Assembly: GCA_003598025.1 (NCBI GenBank)
Contig: QZKH01000009.1
Coordinates: 64,896 to 128,895 of the forward strand
Source: Candidatus Omnitrophota bacterium
GTDB lineage: Bacteria > Omnitrophota > Gorgyraeia > Gygaellales > Profunditerraquicolaceae
Length of the DNA stretch: 64,000 bases
Reading direction: 5' to 3'
Shown: positions 1 through 8,371 of the stretch, piece by piece
Position numbering within the stretch: the stretch's first letter is position 1
Layout: the number at the start of each line of letters is the position of its first letter
Program-made: the position numbers and the translations under genes
Notes under the pieces: model-generated
What the model was told of the DNA's origin: nothing
The model's database searches: none
Seen by the model: the letters and a program-made list of their open reading frames with translations, nothing else

Positions 1-366
1 GTAAAATTATTTCAACCTCGGCTTGCAAAGGTTAATGATTTCTGTGATTGGGCAGATTTCTTTTTCGCCGAAGATATTAAAATAACACCGGAACTTGAAA
101 ATAAATTTTTTAGCAAAGATTTATCTAAGGAGTTCGGGCTTTTTGTGGCTAGGCTCAAGGGCTTAGAGCAGTTTGATATCCAAAACATTGAGACTGCCTT
201 TAGAGAGCTAGTCGGTGAGCTGGGTATTCAGGCCAAGGAATTGATACATCCGGTCAGGGTGGCTTTAACCGGTAAAACCGTGGGGCCCGGGCTGTTTGAA
301 GTCATATATTATCTGGGTAAAGATAGAGCAATAGAGCGTTTAAGCAGGAGGTTAAGAAAGGAGTAA
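1..366 (+). CDS. gltX: Glutamate--tRNA ligase, C-terminal anticodon-binding part (5' truncated by window)
   Basis: Frame 1 is open from base 1; motif LIHPVRVALTGKTVGPGLFE is typical of the GluRS C-terminus. Confidence 0.9.
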   Translation, partial: VKLFQPRLAKVNDFCDWADFFFAEDIKITPELENKFFSKDLSKEFGLFVARLKGLEQFDIQNIETAFRELVGELGIQAKELIHPVRVALTGKTVGPGLFEVIYYLGKDRAIERLSRRLRKE

Positions 367-368
367 AA

Positions 369-548
369 ATGTCTGTAAAAAAAGCAAGTCTGTTATTATT
401 GTTATTGCCTGTCATGCTTATGTTGAGCGGCTGCCATACATTGTTTAATTCATCCAAGGGAGCTTACGAAGGCGCTAAAGAAGGGGCAAAGAAAGATTGG
501 GAAGGTTTAAAGAAAGCTGATAACTGGCTTAAAGAAAATCTCTGGTAA
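369..548 (+). CDS. Small lipoprotein (59 aa)
   Basis: Read manually: MSVKKASLLLLLLPVMLMLSG-C lipobox, AGGAG RBS, ends WLKENLW. Confidence 0.75.
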   Translation: MSVKKASLLLLLLPVMLMLSGCHTLFNSSKGAYEGAKEGAKKDWEGLKKADNWLKENLW

Positions 549-566
549 ATTTTTACGGTTTCACAT

Positions 567-992
567 ATGAAAAAAATAAACAAGCAAAGATCGATTGGAT
601 TATCTCTTGCATCATTGATATCTGTAGTGTTTTTTGGATATAGTTTTTTGTTTTTTCTTTTCTTTTTCCCTACCAGGGAGAATCCATGGTTTGTCATATT
701 AAGGTACGGGCTTTGTTTATTAGTCAGCCTCGCCGGATTTATAGCTTCTGTTTTTATATTTGATATTCGCCGTTGGGCACAGAAGTTGATGCTTTATTCA
801 TGCATCTTTTTCCTTAGTTTGGGATTAGTCACGGATTTTACAAATATGACCATATCCGGGTGGTACGGGGTTTCCGGATTCTCAACGCTTATTTATGCTA
901 CCTTTAGCATAAGAAAGCTTGGCCTCTATATTTTCTGGCTGATGCTTGTAGTTTTCCTTACCCGCCCCGACGTAAAAAAACAATTGAAATAA
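567..992 (+). CDS. Hypothetical membrane protein
   Basis: 141 aa ORF with about four hydrophobic segments. Confidence 0.65.
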   Translation: MKKINKQRSIGLSLASLISVVFFGYSFLFFLFFFPTRENPWFVILRYGLCLLVSLAGFIASVFIFDIRRWAQKLMLYSCIFFLSLGLVTDFTNMTISGWYGVSGFSTLIYATFSIRKLGLYIFWLMLVVFLTRPDVKKQLK

Positions 993-1065
993 ACTACGAT
1001 TATTTTGCATTTTGTATAGGTTTCTCTAATACAACTGGTTAATGCCTGTCCGCGGCATTTTTTGA

Positions 1066-1094
1066 TTGAAAACAGGTTTTACCCGGTATATAAT
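1066..1094 (+). promoter_or_regulatory. Sigma70-type promoter upstream of tRNA-Gln
   Basis: TTGAAA-17 nt-TATAAT. Confidence 0.65.
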
Positions 1095-2932
1095 TAACCA
1101 TCAATTATTGCCCTGTCGTCTAATTCGAGCACTATAAATTTGATACAGCGAAATCCCGCCGTTTTCTGGCGGGACGGTAGGACTTGAAAATTGAAATGCT
1201 TTGCCCTGTCGTCTAATCGGTAGGACTTCAGATTCTGGATCTGACTATCTTGGTTCGAGTCCAAGCGGGGCAGCCATTGTTGACAACTATCCGAAACTCC
1301 GGATAGTGATGCAGTGGGAACAAGCGCCTTACAGTCTTCTGTAGGGCGCTTTTCCTTTGTAGAGGCTATTTCGCTAGGGAGGATGCCTTCAAGCGGCTCT
1401 TCGATATACATATTGATTACCAGCCTGTCGCTATAGACGTAAATGTCCTTGATCAGGGCATGTATAAGGCTTTTCTGGGCTTCCGGAGGGGCGTCTTCAA
1501 GGTGCTGTATGGCAAAGTTCATGCTGCGGTATACGAGCTCGCCGGAACAGGCGTTTATGCTGGCAACTCTCTTTTGCGCCTGCAGCTTGTCTATTTCGTC
1601 TTCCAGTTTTGCAATCTCCATTTCCAACTCATTCATTTTGTCTTTATAAGTGGAGCCTTTGGTGACTGTGTTGCCCATGGCTAATTCCAGCAGTTTATTG
1701 GCTTGGAAGCGGAAGCCGTTTAGCTTTGTCTCTCTTTCTTTTAAGTCGGTCTCTATCTTTTCAAGCTTTGCCTGCGACTCAAGCATGGCGTCTCCCAGGG
1801 CCTTTATGATAATGCCCTTGTCCTCAGATGCCCGCCTAAAATAGTCGATTATAGCTTTGTCAAAAGTAGTTGCGGAGATGCGTGTTGCTTTGCATCCCAG
1901 AGCCTGCTTGGAGCGGCTGCACTCATAATAAAAAAACTTTCTTCTGTCTCTACCGCCTGAAAAATTGCAGACCATATGGCTTCCGCAGTCGCCGCATCGG
2001 AGAATACCGGCGAGGAGGTATTCATAGAATCTTTCTTTCTGCACAAAGTTGTGGCCGGGAAGCTTGGCGCTCAATATTTTGTTGGCCCGCTCCCAGAGCT
2101 TCTCATCGACAATCGCCGGGTGATTGCCTTTGTGGTATTCTCCGCTGTATTGAATATAGCCTTTGTAAAAAGGATTTTTTAATATCCTTGAAATAACCTG
2201 CCTGCGCCATTCCTTGCCGTTTAGAGTTTTTAGCCCGCGCCTGTGAAGCTCAAGGCCTACCTGCGTAAGCGACCGGTTATCCGCGGCCATCTCCCAGATG
2301 ATTTTAAGATGCGTAGTTATTTTTTCATCAGGAACAATTTTATGCGGCTGGCGGCCGTTAGGAAGCGGCTCTCCGTCTGGTATAAGCTTATATCCATAAG
2401 GCAGCATCCCGCCGACCCATTTGCCCTGGCGCACTCTGGCAATAGCGGATGCTTTCACGCGCTCGCCGGTGAGCTCCCGCTCAAAGGCTGACAAAATCCC
2501 AAGTATGCCAATTACTACTCTACCTATGGCGGTTGAGCTGTCCAAGTTTTCTCTTACCGAGACGAAATCGATTTCCTTTTCTCTGAATAGATCAATAAGC
2601 CAGTAGAGGTCCCGGGTATTGCGGGTCAAGCGGTCAAGGCGGAAGAAGATTATTCCGTCAAATGGGGCGGTTTCTCTACGCACGCGGTCGATAATCATCT
2701 GGATGCCGGGCCGGTTGAGATCCTTGCCGGAATATCCGTCATCGTCTATTCGGCCTTTTTTGCCTATCTTGGCAAGGTCATATCCAAAAGCGTCCAGCAG
2801 ATTCTTGCAGTGATAGGCCTGGGAATCCAGGGTGGTAAAATCTCCCTGGGCCTGGTCATCAGTAGAGCAGCGGGTATAGATTACATAGCGTTTTTTGTTA
2901 TTTGCATTATTTGTTTTGGCATTCATAATCAT
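1094..2932 (-). CDS. Large serine recombinase of island 1, integrated form with a C-terminal tail read antisense through the tRNA
   Basis: YTRCS catalytic motif, DDGYSGKDLNRPG, RLDRLTRN, zinc ribbon CGDCGS...YYEC, coiled coil; after WLP the frame is the tRNA reverse complement (PRLDSNQD). Start placed at MIMN (2932) by alignment to the paralog. Confidence 0.92.
   Translation of the reverse strand: MIMNAKTNNANNKKRYVIYTRCSTDDQAQGDFTTLDSQAYHCKNLLDAFGYDLAKIGKKGRIDDDGYSGKDLNRPGIQMIIDRVRRETAPFDGIIFFRLDRLTRNTRDLYWLIDLFREKEIDFVSVRENLDSSTAIGRVVIGILGILSAFERELTGERVKASAIARVRQGKWVGGMLPYGYKLIPDGEPLPNGRQPHKIVPDEKITTHLKIIWEMAADNRSLTQVGLELHRRGLKTLNGKEWRRQVISRILKNPFYKGYIQYSGEYHKGNHPAIVDEKLWERANKILSAKLPGHNFVQKERFYEYLLAGILRCGDCGSHMVCNFSGGRDRRKFFYYECSRSKQALGCKATRISATTFDKAIIDYFRRASEDKGIIIKALGDAMLESQAKLEKIETDLKERETKLNGFRFQANKLLELAMGNTVTKGSTYKDKMNELEMEIAKLEDEIDKLQAQKRVASINACSGELVYRSMNFAIQHLEDAPPEAQKSLIHALIKDIYVYSDRLVINMYIEEPLEGILPSEIASTKEKRPTEDCKALVPTASLSGVSDSCQQWLPRLDSNQDSQIQNLKSYRLDDRAKHFNFQVLPSRQKTAGFRCIKFIVLELDDRAIIDG
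1109..1185 (+). pseudogene. Duplicated 5' fragment of tRNA-Gln interrupted in the D-loop by a 50-nt insert
   Basis: TGCCCTGTCGTCTAAT (1109-1124) and CGGTAGGACTT (1175-1185) are contiguous in the real tRNA; the insert ends in hairpin TCCCGCC-N7-GGCGGGA. Confidence 0.75.
1202..1276 (+). tRNA. tRNA-Gln(CTG)
   Basis: Cloverleaf: acceptor TGCCCTG/CGGGGCA, anticodon arm TCAGA-TTCTGGA-TCTGA, GGTTCGAGTCC T-arm, GCCA end. Confidence 0.96.
1268..1273. repeat. attL core GGGCAG (tRNA 3' end)
   Basis: Same core at 23856-23861 and 46527-46532, each at the L-P codons of the recombinase frame. Confidence 0.85.
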
Positions 2933-2963
2933 AGAATTCCTACCACATTTTAATGCAGGCATA

Positions 2964-2994
2964 CGCCAGGCAGAAGATCTCCTTCTGCCTGGCG
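2964..2994 (-). promoter_or_regulatory. 13-bp perfect hairpin in the recombinase leader
   Basis: CGCCAGGCAGAAG-ATCTC-CTTCTGCCTGGCG; an equivalent hairpin sits at 25558-25595. Confidence 0.7.
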
Positions 2995-3006
2995 GCGCTA
3001 AAACAG

Positions 3007-3260
3007 TTATGCCTGGGCCTTCTGCTTTTTGCCTTTTCCCCAGCCAGCCTTCCATCTGGCCACTGCCCCGGAGACGATCTCGTTGATGCGCTCCTGGGTT
3101 GTGCCTTCCTTGAGGATCTCAACAAGCTCTTCTTTGTTGATTACCCGGAAGTTTTTGATGCCGCGCTCTTTGGCTTTAAGCATCAGCTCATGGCGCGACG
3201 ACTCTTTGGCGGCTGATTTGCCGGCTTCAGGCTCTTTTGTAGCTTCTACCGGCGCGCTGG
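3007..3260 (-). pseudogene. 3' remnant of the gene upstream of the recombinase (Rho-N-like helical motif); 5' end deleted, boundary approximate
   Basis: ELMLKAKERGIKNFRVINKEELVEIL...WGKGKKQKAQA*; homologous tail GKGKKQKPQA* at 25606-25638. Confidence 0.65.
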
Positions 3261-3262
3261 CT

Positions 3263-4129
3263 TTTTCAACGAACGGCATGTTCTTTGATGAGGACGTCTT
3301 TAAGAAATTTGCCGAGCTTGGCATGGCCATTCAGGTCAGCTGCGACGGAGATAAAATTACCCAGGAAGAATACCGGCACGGAGACCACGCGCTTATCATT
3401 GAAAATATGAAGAAGATTTTAAAGCTAAAGCCGGATATGAGCGTGCGCATGACTTTCACACCTAAGACAGTAGGCAGGCTGGCTATTAATATCCAGTATC
3501 TTCATGAGCTTGGCGTTGCCAAGATTACACACCATGCGGTGATGGAAGAGGACTGGACAGAAGAAGCAGTCCAGCAGTACCAGTATCAATTAGCTCAGGT
3601 TTATCATTACCGCAGGTACTGCAAAAGGCAGGATATCCCTCTTGAGATCGCTTTCATTGATAAGCCCCTCAAAGTCCTTAACGATGAAATCCCTGCAGAG
3701 AAGGAATACTGCCAGGCAGGCAAAAGCTACATTGCCGTATTAGACAACGGAGATGTTTACCCCTGCCACCGTGCAGCAAGCGCCAGGCTCTTTAAGCTGG
3801 GAAGTATCTTTGACGAGATTCCTTTTATCAGGGGAATCTTTTTAAATATAGACAAGGAATACACCGGCTGCTGGAAAAACTGCAGGCACTCCAGAACCTG
3901 CCACAGCTGCATTATTACGCACTTTAAGGTCAACCAGGAATTAAACGCGCCTTTAGCAAAATACTGCAAGCTCTGCGCTGTGGAAAACAATCAGGCATTA
4001 GGATATCTGCCGGTTGAGTTAGCTGACCGCAGGGAGCGGATGCTTTATAAAATAGGCAATGTCCTGGTGGATGTTGCCAGGCAGAATGAGGAAATCTTAA
4101 GACTGCTCAAGATAAAAGGAGGGGTTTAA
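3263..4129 (+). pseudogene. Radical SAM/SPASM protein, N-terminally truncated
   Basis: STNG, VSCDG and SPASM motifs (YCQAG...GDVYPCH...C-C-C-C) are present; the CxxxCxxC motif and a credible start are missing. Confidence 0.8.
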
Positions 4130-4131
4130 CC

Positions 4132-4422
4132 ATGGGCAAAGTTATAAATCACGAGGAGATAACGGTTGAGGATATAGTAAAGAGCTTAAATCCGGCAGTA
4201 TACAATCCGGGCAGCGGCGAGTCAGCTTCTTTTGCGCTTATCCATGCCGAAGGCGGGCCGATGAGATATTTTGTCAACGGCCAAAACCCTACGCCGTCAT
4301 CCGGAGCGCTTTTAGAAGATGGAGACATTGTGGAGCTGCCGTCAATTTATCATATTAAGGATTTTAGGGTGGTTAAGTCAGGAGACGACCCGGGCAAACT
4401 CACCGTAACTTACGAGGCTTGA
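4132..4422 (+). CDS. Hypothetical phage-like beta-rich protein
   Basis: 96 aa, GGAGG RBS, tight operon packing. Confidence 0.7.
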   Translation: MGKVINHEEITVEDIVKSLNPAVYNPGSGESASFALIHAEGGPMRYFVNGQNPTPSSGALLEDGDIVELPSIYHIKDFRVVKSGDDPGKLTVTYEA

Positions 4423-4437
4423 AAGGAGGCGTTAAAT

Positions 4438-4992
4438 ATGCAGCTGCATCTTAAACACAGAAAGGCAAGCAGAATACTTAAAAGGGCCTATGAGATAAAT
4501 TCCGACGGAGGCCTTCCTAAGACCGGCCAGAGCATGATTTATCAGCCCGGAGACGACGGCTCATACCAGATGGGCTATCCTCTCGGCGGAGAAGCAAGGT
4601 TTATTGACAACGCAGATGGTACGGTAGTCGATTTGGCCACGGGTCTTATGTGGATAAAAAATCCGCAGGAGGCAGGATTAGGTTCTCCTATGTACTGGTA
4701 TGACGCAATCAATGCCTGCGAGAATCTTGACTTTGCCGGACACAACGACTGGAGGCTTCCGAATATAAACGAGCTGATGTCTATTGTGGATCACTCCAGA
4801 TATGACCCGGCATTTGACCCGCTCTTTTTTACGCCGTTTTCGGATACCTGGACTCCTTGCTGGTCCTCAACTTCAAGCGCGTCTTGGATAGACGGCGCGT
4901 GGGCAATGTATCCCTATGACGGCTATAAGACTACCTGGGGAAAACCCTGGGATATGTGTTATGTCAGACCTGTAAGAGGCGGGCAGGCTTAA
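4438..4992 (+). CDS. DUF1566/Lcl-like domain protein
   Basis: DGTVVDLATGLMW, DWRLPNINEL, WSST, YVRPVRG motifs. Confidence 0.88.
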   Translation: MQLHLKHRKASRILKRAYEINSDGGLPKTGQSMIYQPGDDGSYQMGYPLGGEARFIDNADGTVVDLATGLMWIKNPQEAGLGSPMYWYDAINACENLDFAGHNDWRLPNINELMSIVDHSRYDPAFDPLFFTPFSDTWTPCWSSTSSASWIDGAWAMYPYDGYKTTWGKPWDMCYVRPVRGGQA

Positions 4993-5010
4993 GAAACGGA
5001 GGATATAAAA

Positions 5011-5214
5011 ATGGCAGGCGAAAAAATTACTGTTGAATTCAAAGACGGAAAGAAAATAACCAAATACCCCGGAGGGAAGGTTTCCGAGCAGACCCAGGAG
5101 GACCTGGAAAGATACAAAGATTTTCTTACAAGGGAGAGGCAGCGGATTGACCGGCATATCTCTTTAATTGACGATGACCTCAGTCAAATAACGGCAAGCA
5201 AGAAGGCAAAGTGA
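5011..5214 (+). CDS. Hypothetical protein
   Basis: 67 aa, GGAGG RBS. Confidence 0.65.
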   Translation: MAGEKITVEFKDGKKITKYPGGKVSEQTQEDLERYKDFLTRERQRIDRHISLIDDDLSQITASKKAK

Positions 5215-5217
5215 GCG

Positions 5218-5502
5218 ATGGAAAATAATAAAGGCTGGACAAAATTCATAACGCCGGTACTAGTTACGATTGCCATCTTTATGCTGGGCAATATCACTAT
5301 GCAGCTCAGCCGGCTTGAAGATAGAGTATTCCAGCATCTGGCCAACGACCAGATTCATGCTCCGAGATCTCAATTCGTCTCTAAGGCAGAATTTGACTTG
5401 CACTGCAAATTCTCTGAAAAAGAAAACGGTCAAATCTTGAAGGCAATCGATGACTTGAGAAACGATTTAAAGGTAAAAAGCCGAGATGAAAGAAATCAGT
5501 AA
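5218..5502 (+). CDS. Single-TM plus coiled-coil protein (holin/hemolysin-like position)
   Basis: N-terminal TM followed by a coiled coil; positional analog at 27291-27506. Confidence 0.6.
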   Translation: MENNKGWTKFITPVLVTIAIFMLGNITMQLSRLEDRVFQHLANDQIHAPRSQFVSKAEFDLHCKFSEKENGQILKAIDDLRNDLKVKSRDERNQ

Positions 5503-5668
5503 AGTAAGGCTTGAATTTGACCTGCATGAGTATCGGCAGCTTGCTTTAGTTATTCGGGATCACAAGAGTCTGCTTTATAAGTTAAAAATGAATGAGCTGA
5601 TTAAGCAGGGCCTTATAAAAGATCTGAATATTATTGTTGGCATACTGGAAAGAGCCGAGCTTAAATAG
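5486..5668 (+). CDS. Hypothetical protein
   Basis: 60 aa, overlaps the preceding stop. Confidence 0.45.
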   Translation: MKEISKVRLEFDLHEYRQLALVIRDHKSLLYKLKMNELIKQGLIKDLNIIVGILERAELK

Positions 5669-5688
5669 CTAAAAGGGGAGGTGAAAAC

Positions 5689-5799
5689 ATGAAGGTGCTT
5701 ATAGCTTTTACTCTGGGGAATATCGTCGGCGGATTGGGAATGTTTTTCTATCTTTGGCTGAAAGGCAAGGTGCAGGATGGCGGAAAGCGAAAAATTTAG
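5689..5799 (+). CDS. 36-aa single-TM microprotein
   Basis: GGAGGTG RBS; MKVLIAFTLGNIVGGLGMFFYLWLKGKVQDGGKRKI; identical protein encoded at 27522-27632. Confidence 0.85.
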   Translation: MKVLIAFTLGNIVGGLGMFFYLWLKGKVQDGGKRKI

Positions 5800-6109
5800 C
5801 CTACTTAAATTCGCTGAGAGCTTTTTTCAGTTTTTGCCGTGGGTTAAGACTTTACGCTACGCAGCCGGTATTGCGCTGATAAGTTTTGTGGGCCTTACGA
5901 TTTATCGGGCATTCTTTATGCCTACGCAGACTACCAAGCAGGTCACTCATATTATTGCTCAGCCTGGCGCCCAGGTGACGGTAGATCAGAAAAAAGAGGA
6001 AAAGAAATCTAAGATTGAAGTCAGACCGTTCGCAGAGGGATATGGTTTTGCTGAATCTGACGACCGCAAGGGTGTAGGCGCTAAGGCCGGTATAAGGGTA
6101 GATTTCTAA
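5777..6109 (+). CDS. TM-anchored protein with C-terminal beta-hairpin ending in Phe
   Basis: Clear paralog of 27610-27939. Confidence 0.8.
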   Translation: MAESEKFSLLKFAESFFQFLPWVKTLRYAAGIALISFVGLTIYRAFFMPTQTTKQVTHIIAQPGAQVTVDQKKEEKKSKIEVRPFAEGYGFAESDDRKGVGAKAGIRVDF

Positions 6110-6160
6110 AGAAATACCCTGTTAGCTATTTCTGCGATCCCCTTGACTCTTTAAAACACT

Positions 6161-6207
6161 AAAATAAAAACCCTCCGGTTAATTTAACCGGCGGGTTTTT
6201 TATTTTT
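6161..6207. terminator. Bidirectional intrinsic terminator closing the phage-like module
   Basis: A-tract, ACCCTCCGGTTAA/TTAACCGGCGGGT stem, T-tract. Confidence 0.85.
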
Positions 6208-6308
6208 AAATGGCATTACACTAAAAAAAATGGTATAATGGCAAAAAATAACTGTAAATATGGGAATATGGTTTCTTAACATCTTTTGAAGCCCCGAGGA
6301 GTTATTCT

Positions 6309-6470
6309 ATGGCTAAAAAAATGAAGAAAACTACCATTGAGATTACCGAAGGCCAATATTTCTATTTAAAAGAAAAATCTCTTCAATTGCAGAAACAAAA
6401 GAAGCGTTACTCAATTGTTTCCATTATCAGGGATTTAATTGAGAATGATCGCAGAAAGCCTGTATTGTAG
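6309..6470 (+). CDS. Small ribbon-helix-helix-like regulator (53 aa)
   Basis: MAKKMKKTTIEITEGQY...SIVSIIRDLIE pattern; GAGGAG RBS; TATAAT upstream. Confidence 0.6.
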   Translation: MAKKMKKTTIEITEGQYFYLKEKSLQLQKQKKRYSIVSIIRDLIENDRRKPVL

Positions 6471-6518
6471 CTGGAATCAAAAAATATAAAATAAACAGTC
6501 ATAAGGAGTAGGTTTATT

Positions 6519-7967
6519 ATGGAGCTTGAGATTATTTTATTATGGGTTGCGGTGTTGATATTCGTGAGCGCTGTCTCAAGCAAGCTTTCGGACAGGTTCG
6601 CTATACCTGCTTTGTTGCTATTCTTGGTAATCGGGATTCTCGCCGGATCGGAAGGGATCGGCAGGATTTATTTTGATAATGCGCGGTTAGCTAAATCCAT
6701 CGGAGTCATCGCCCTTATTTTTATCATTTTTTCCGGCGGCCTTGATACTAACTGGAAAGATACTAAGCCGATAGTTTGGCCGGGAATTATTCTTTCCACC
6801 CTAGGAGTTTTGCTGACCGCAGTCATAACAGGTTTTTTTGCCGTATATATCTTTAAATTTTCTCTGCTTCAAGGAATGCTTCTCGGCTCCATTGTTTCCT
6901 CCACTGATGCCGCAGCAGTATTTAGTATCTTAAGGTCAAAACGAATAAGCTTAAAACAGCCCCTGAAGCCATTACTTGAATTTGAATCCGGCAGCAATGA
7001 TCCGATGGCGGTATTTTTGACTGTTGGTTTTCTTACTATCCTGATTGCCAAGAATATGGGTATCGCTGCTTTGATTCCTAGGTTTTTTCTGGACATGGGC
7101 ATGGGCGCGGTTATAGGATATTTGATGGCCAAAGTCATCGTATTTTCCATTAACCGCCTGAAATTGTACTACGAAGGGCTGTATCCGGCCGTGGTTATTT
7201 CTTTGGTCCTTTTGACTTATGTAATCGCTGTTTTCCTGAAAGGTAATGGGATACTGGCGGTGTATGTTGCGGGCCTGATGCTTGGCCAGGCAGACTTTCC
7301 GAATAAGAGGATGATTATAAGATTTCATGACGGCCTGGCATGGCTGATGCAAATCGCGATGTTTATAACATTGGGCCTGCTCGTTTTTCCTTCTCATATC
7401 ATTCCGTTGATAGGACAGGGATTGTTATTGACGTTTCTTCTTATGGCGATTGCCCGGCCTGTCAGTGTATTACTTTGTCTGTTACCGTTTAAAATGAATA
7501 TGCGCAAAAAAGCCATGGTCGCATGGGTTGGCCTAAGGGGTTCGGTTCCGATTATCTTGGCGACATTTCCTTTTATGGCGGGCATCGCGCAGGCGGACAT
7601 TATTTTTAATATTGTCTTCTTTATTGTTATCGCCTCGGTTCTTATCCAGGGGACATCTATTCCGATTGTCGCTAAAATATTGAAACTGGACCTTCCCTGG
7701 CCTAATAAAACGCGTTATCCTATTGAATTTGAAAAAACAGAAGGCATTGATGCTGAATTGACGGATATAATTGTCCCGTATAATTCAGGGGCAGTAGGTA
7801 AGATGATCCGTGATTTGAATGTTCCCGAAAAGTGTCTCATTATGCTTATTTCCAGAAACGATAAATTCATTATTCCTGCCGGACCTACGATTATAGAAGG
7901 CGGTGATGTTTTGCTTGTGCTTGCAAACACAGGAGATCTTTTGGCCTTTCAACAGGAGTTGGCATAG
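6519..7967 (+). CDS. cvrA: K+/H+ antiporter CvrA/NhaP2 with TrkA_C domain
   Basis: SSTDAAAVF, LEFESGSNDPMA and GLRGSVPIILA motifs. Confidence 0.92.
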   Translation: MELEIILLWVAVLIFVSAVSSKLSDRFAIPALLLFLVIGILAGSEGIGRIYFDNARLAKSIGVIALIFIIFSGGLDTNWKDTKPIVWPGIILSTLGVLLTAVITGFFAVYIFKFSLLQGMLLGSIVSSTDAAAVFSILRSKRISLKQPLKPLLEFESGSNDPMAVFLTVGFLTILIAKNMGIAALIPRFFLDMGMGAVIGYLMAKVIVFSINRLKLYYEGLYPAVVISLVLLTYVIAVFLKGNGILAVYVAGLMLGQADFPNKRMIIRFHDGLAWLMQIAMFITLGLLVFPSHIIPLIGQGLLLTFLLMAIARPVSVLLCLLPFKMNMRKKAMVAWVGLRGSVPIILATFPFMAGIAQADIIFNIVFFIVIASVLIQGTSIPIVAKILKLDLPWPNKTRYPIEFEKTEGIDAELTDIIVPYNSGAVGKMIRDLNVPEKCLIMLISRNDKFIIPAGPTIIEGGDVLLVLANTGDLLAFQQELA

Positions 7968-8006
7968 TTTAAGAGCAGTAAAAAAGCGTAAGATGTTCTT
8001 AAAAGG

Positions 8007-8357
8007 TTGAAAAAAATGATAAAAATAAAAAGAATTTACAACATGCCAGCAGGAGACGATGGTTTTAGAATCCTCGTGGATAGACTGTGGCCTAGGGGCG
8101 TGAGTAAAGAAAAGGCAAAAATTAACCTTTGGCTGAAAGACATTGCCCCAAGCGACAGCTTAAGAAAATGGTTTGCCCATGATACAGCAAAATGGGCTGT
8201 ATTTAAACAGAAGTATTTTCTTGAACTCAAGAATAAAAAAGCCCTTATTGGTGAAATTAAGAAGAGAGCGAAAGGCGACGTGACGCTATTATACGCCGCT
8301 AAGGACGAACAACATAATAATGCACAGGCATTAAAAGAATATGTTGAAACGCAATAG
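8007..8357 (+). CDS. DUF488 (YeaO-like) protein
   Basis: [30 protein letters not shown]. Confidence 0.9.
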   Translation: MKKMIKIKRIYNMPAGDDGFRILVDRLWPRGVSKEKAKINLWLKDIAPSDSLRKWFAHDTAKWAVFKQKYFLELKNKKALIGEIKKRAKGDVTLLYAAKDEQHNNAQALKEYVETQ

Positions 8358-8371
8358 TAAAGGAGCATGCT

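Noticed and set aside
2933-3262. N-terminal extensions of the ORF-track calls 1094-3055 and 3029-4129 (also 3007-3330 and 25587-27113)
   Set aside because: The extensions run through a hairpin or the opposite-strand remnant; they are artifacts of the deletion junctions, not protein.
4438-4992. DUF1566 gene as a diversity-generating retroelement target
   Set aside because: No reverse transcriptase and no template repeat of its 3' end seen in the window.
7965-7991. TAG read-through or recoding in cvrA (short in-frame continuation after TAG in both copies)
   Set aside because: Both copies stop at the same place, the continuations are dissimilar, and other genes use TAG as a normal stop.
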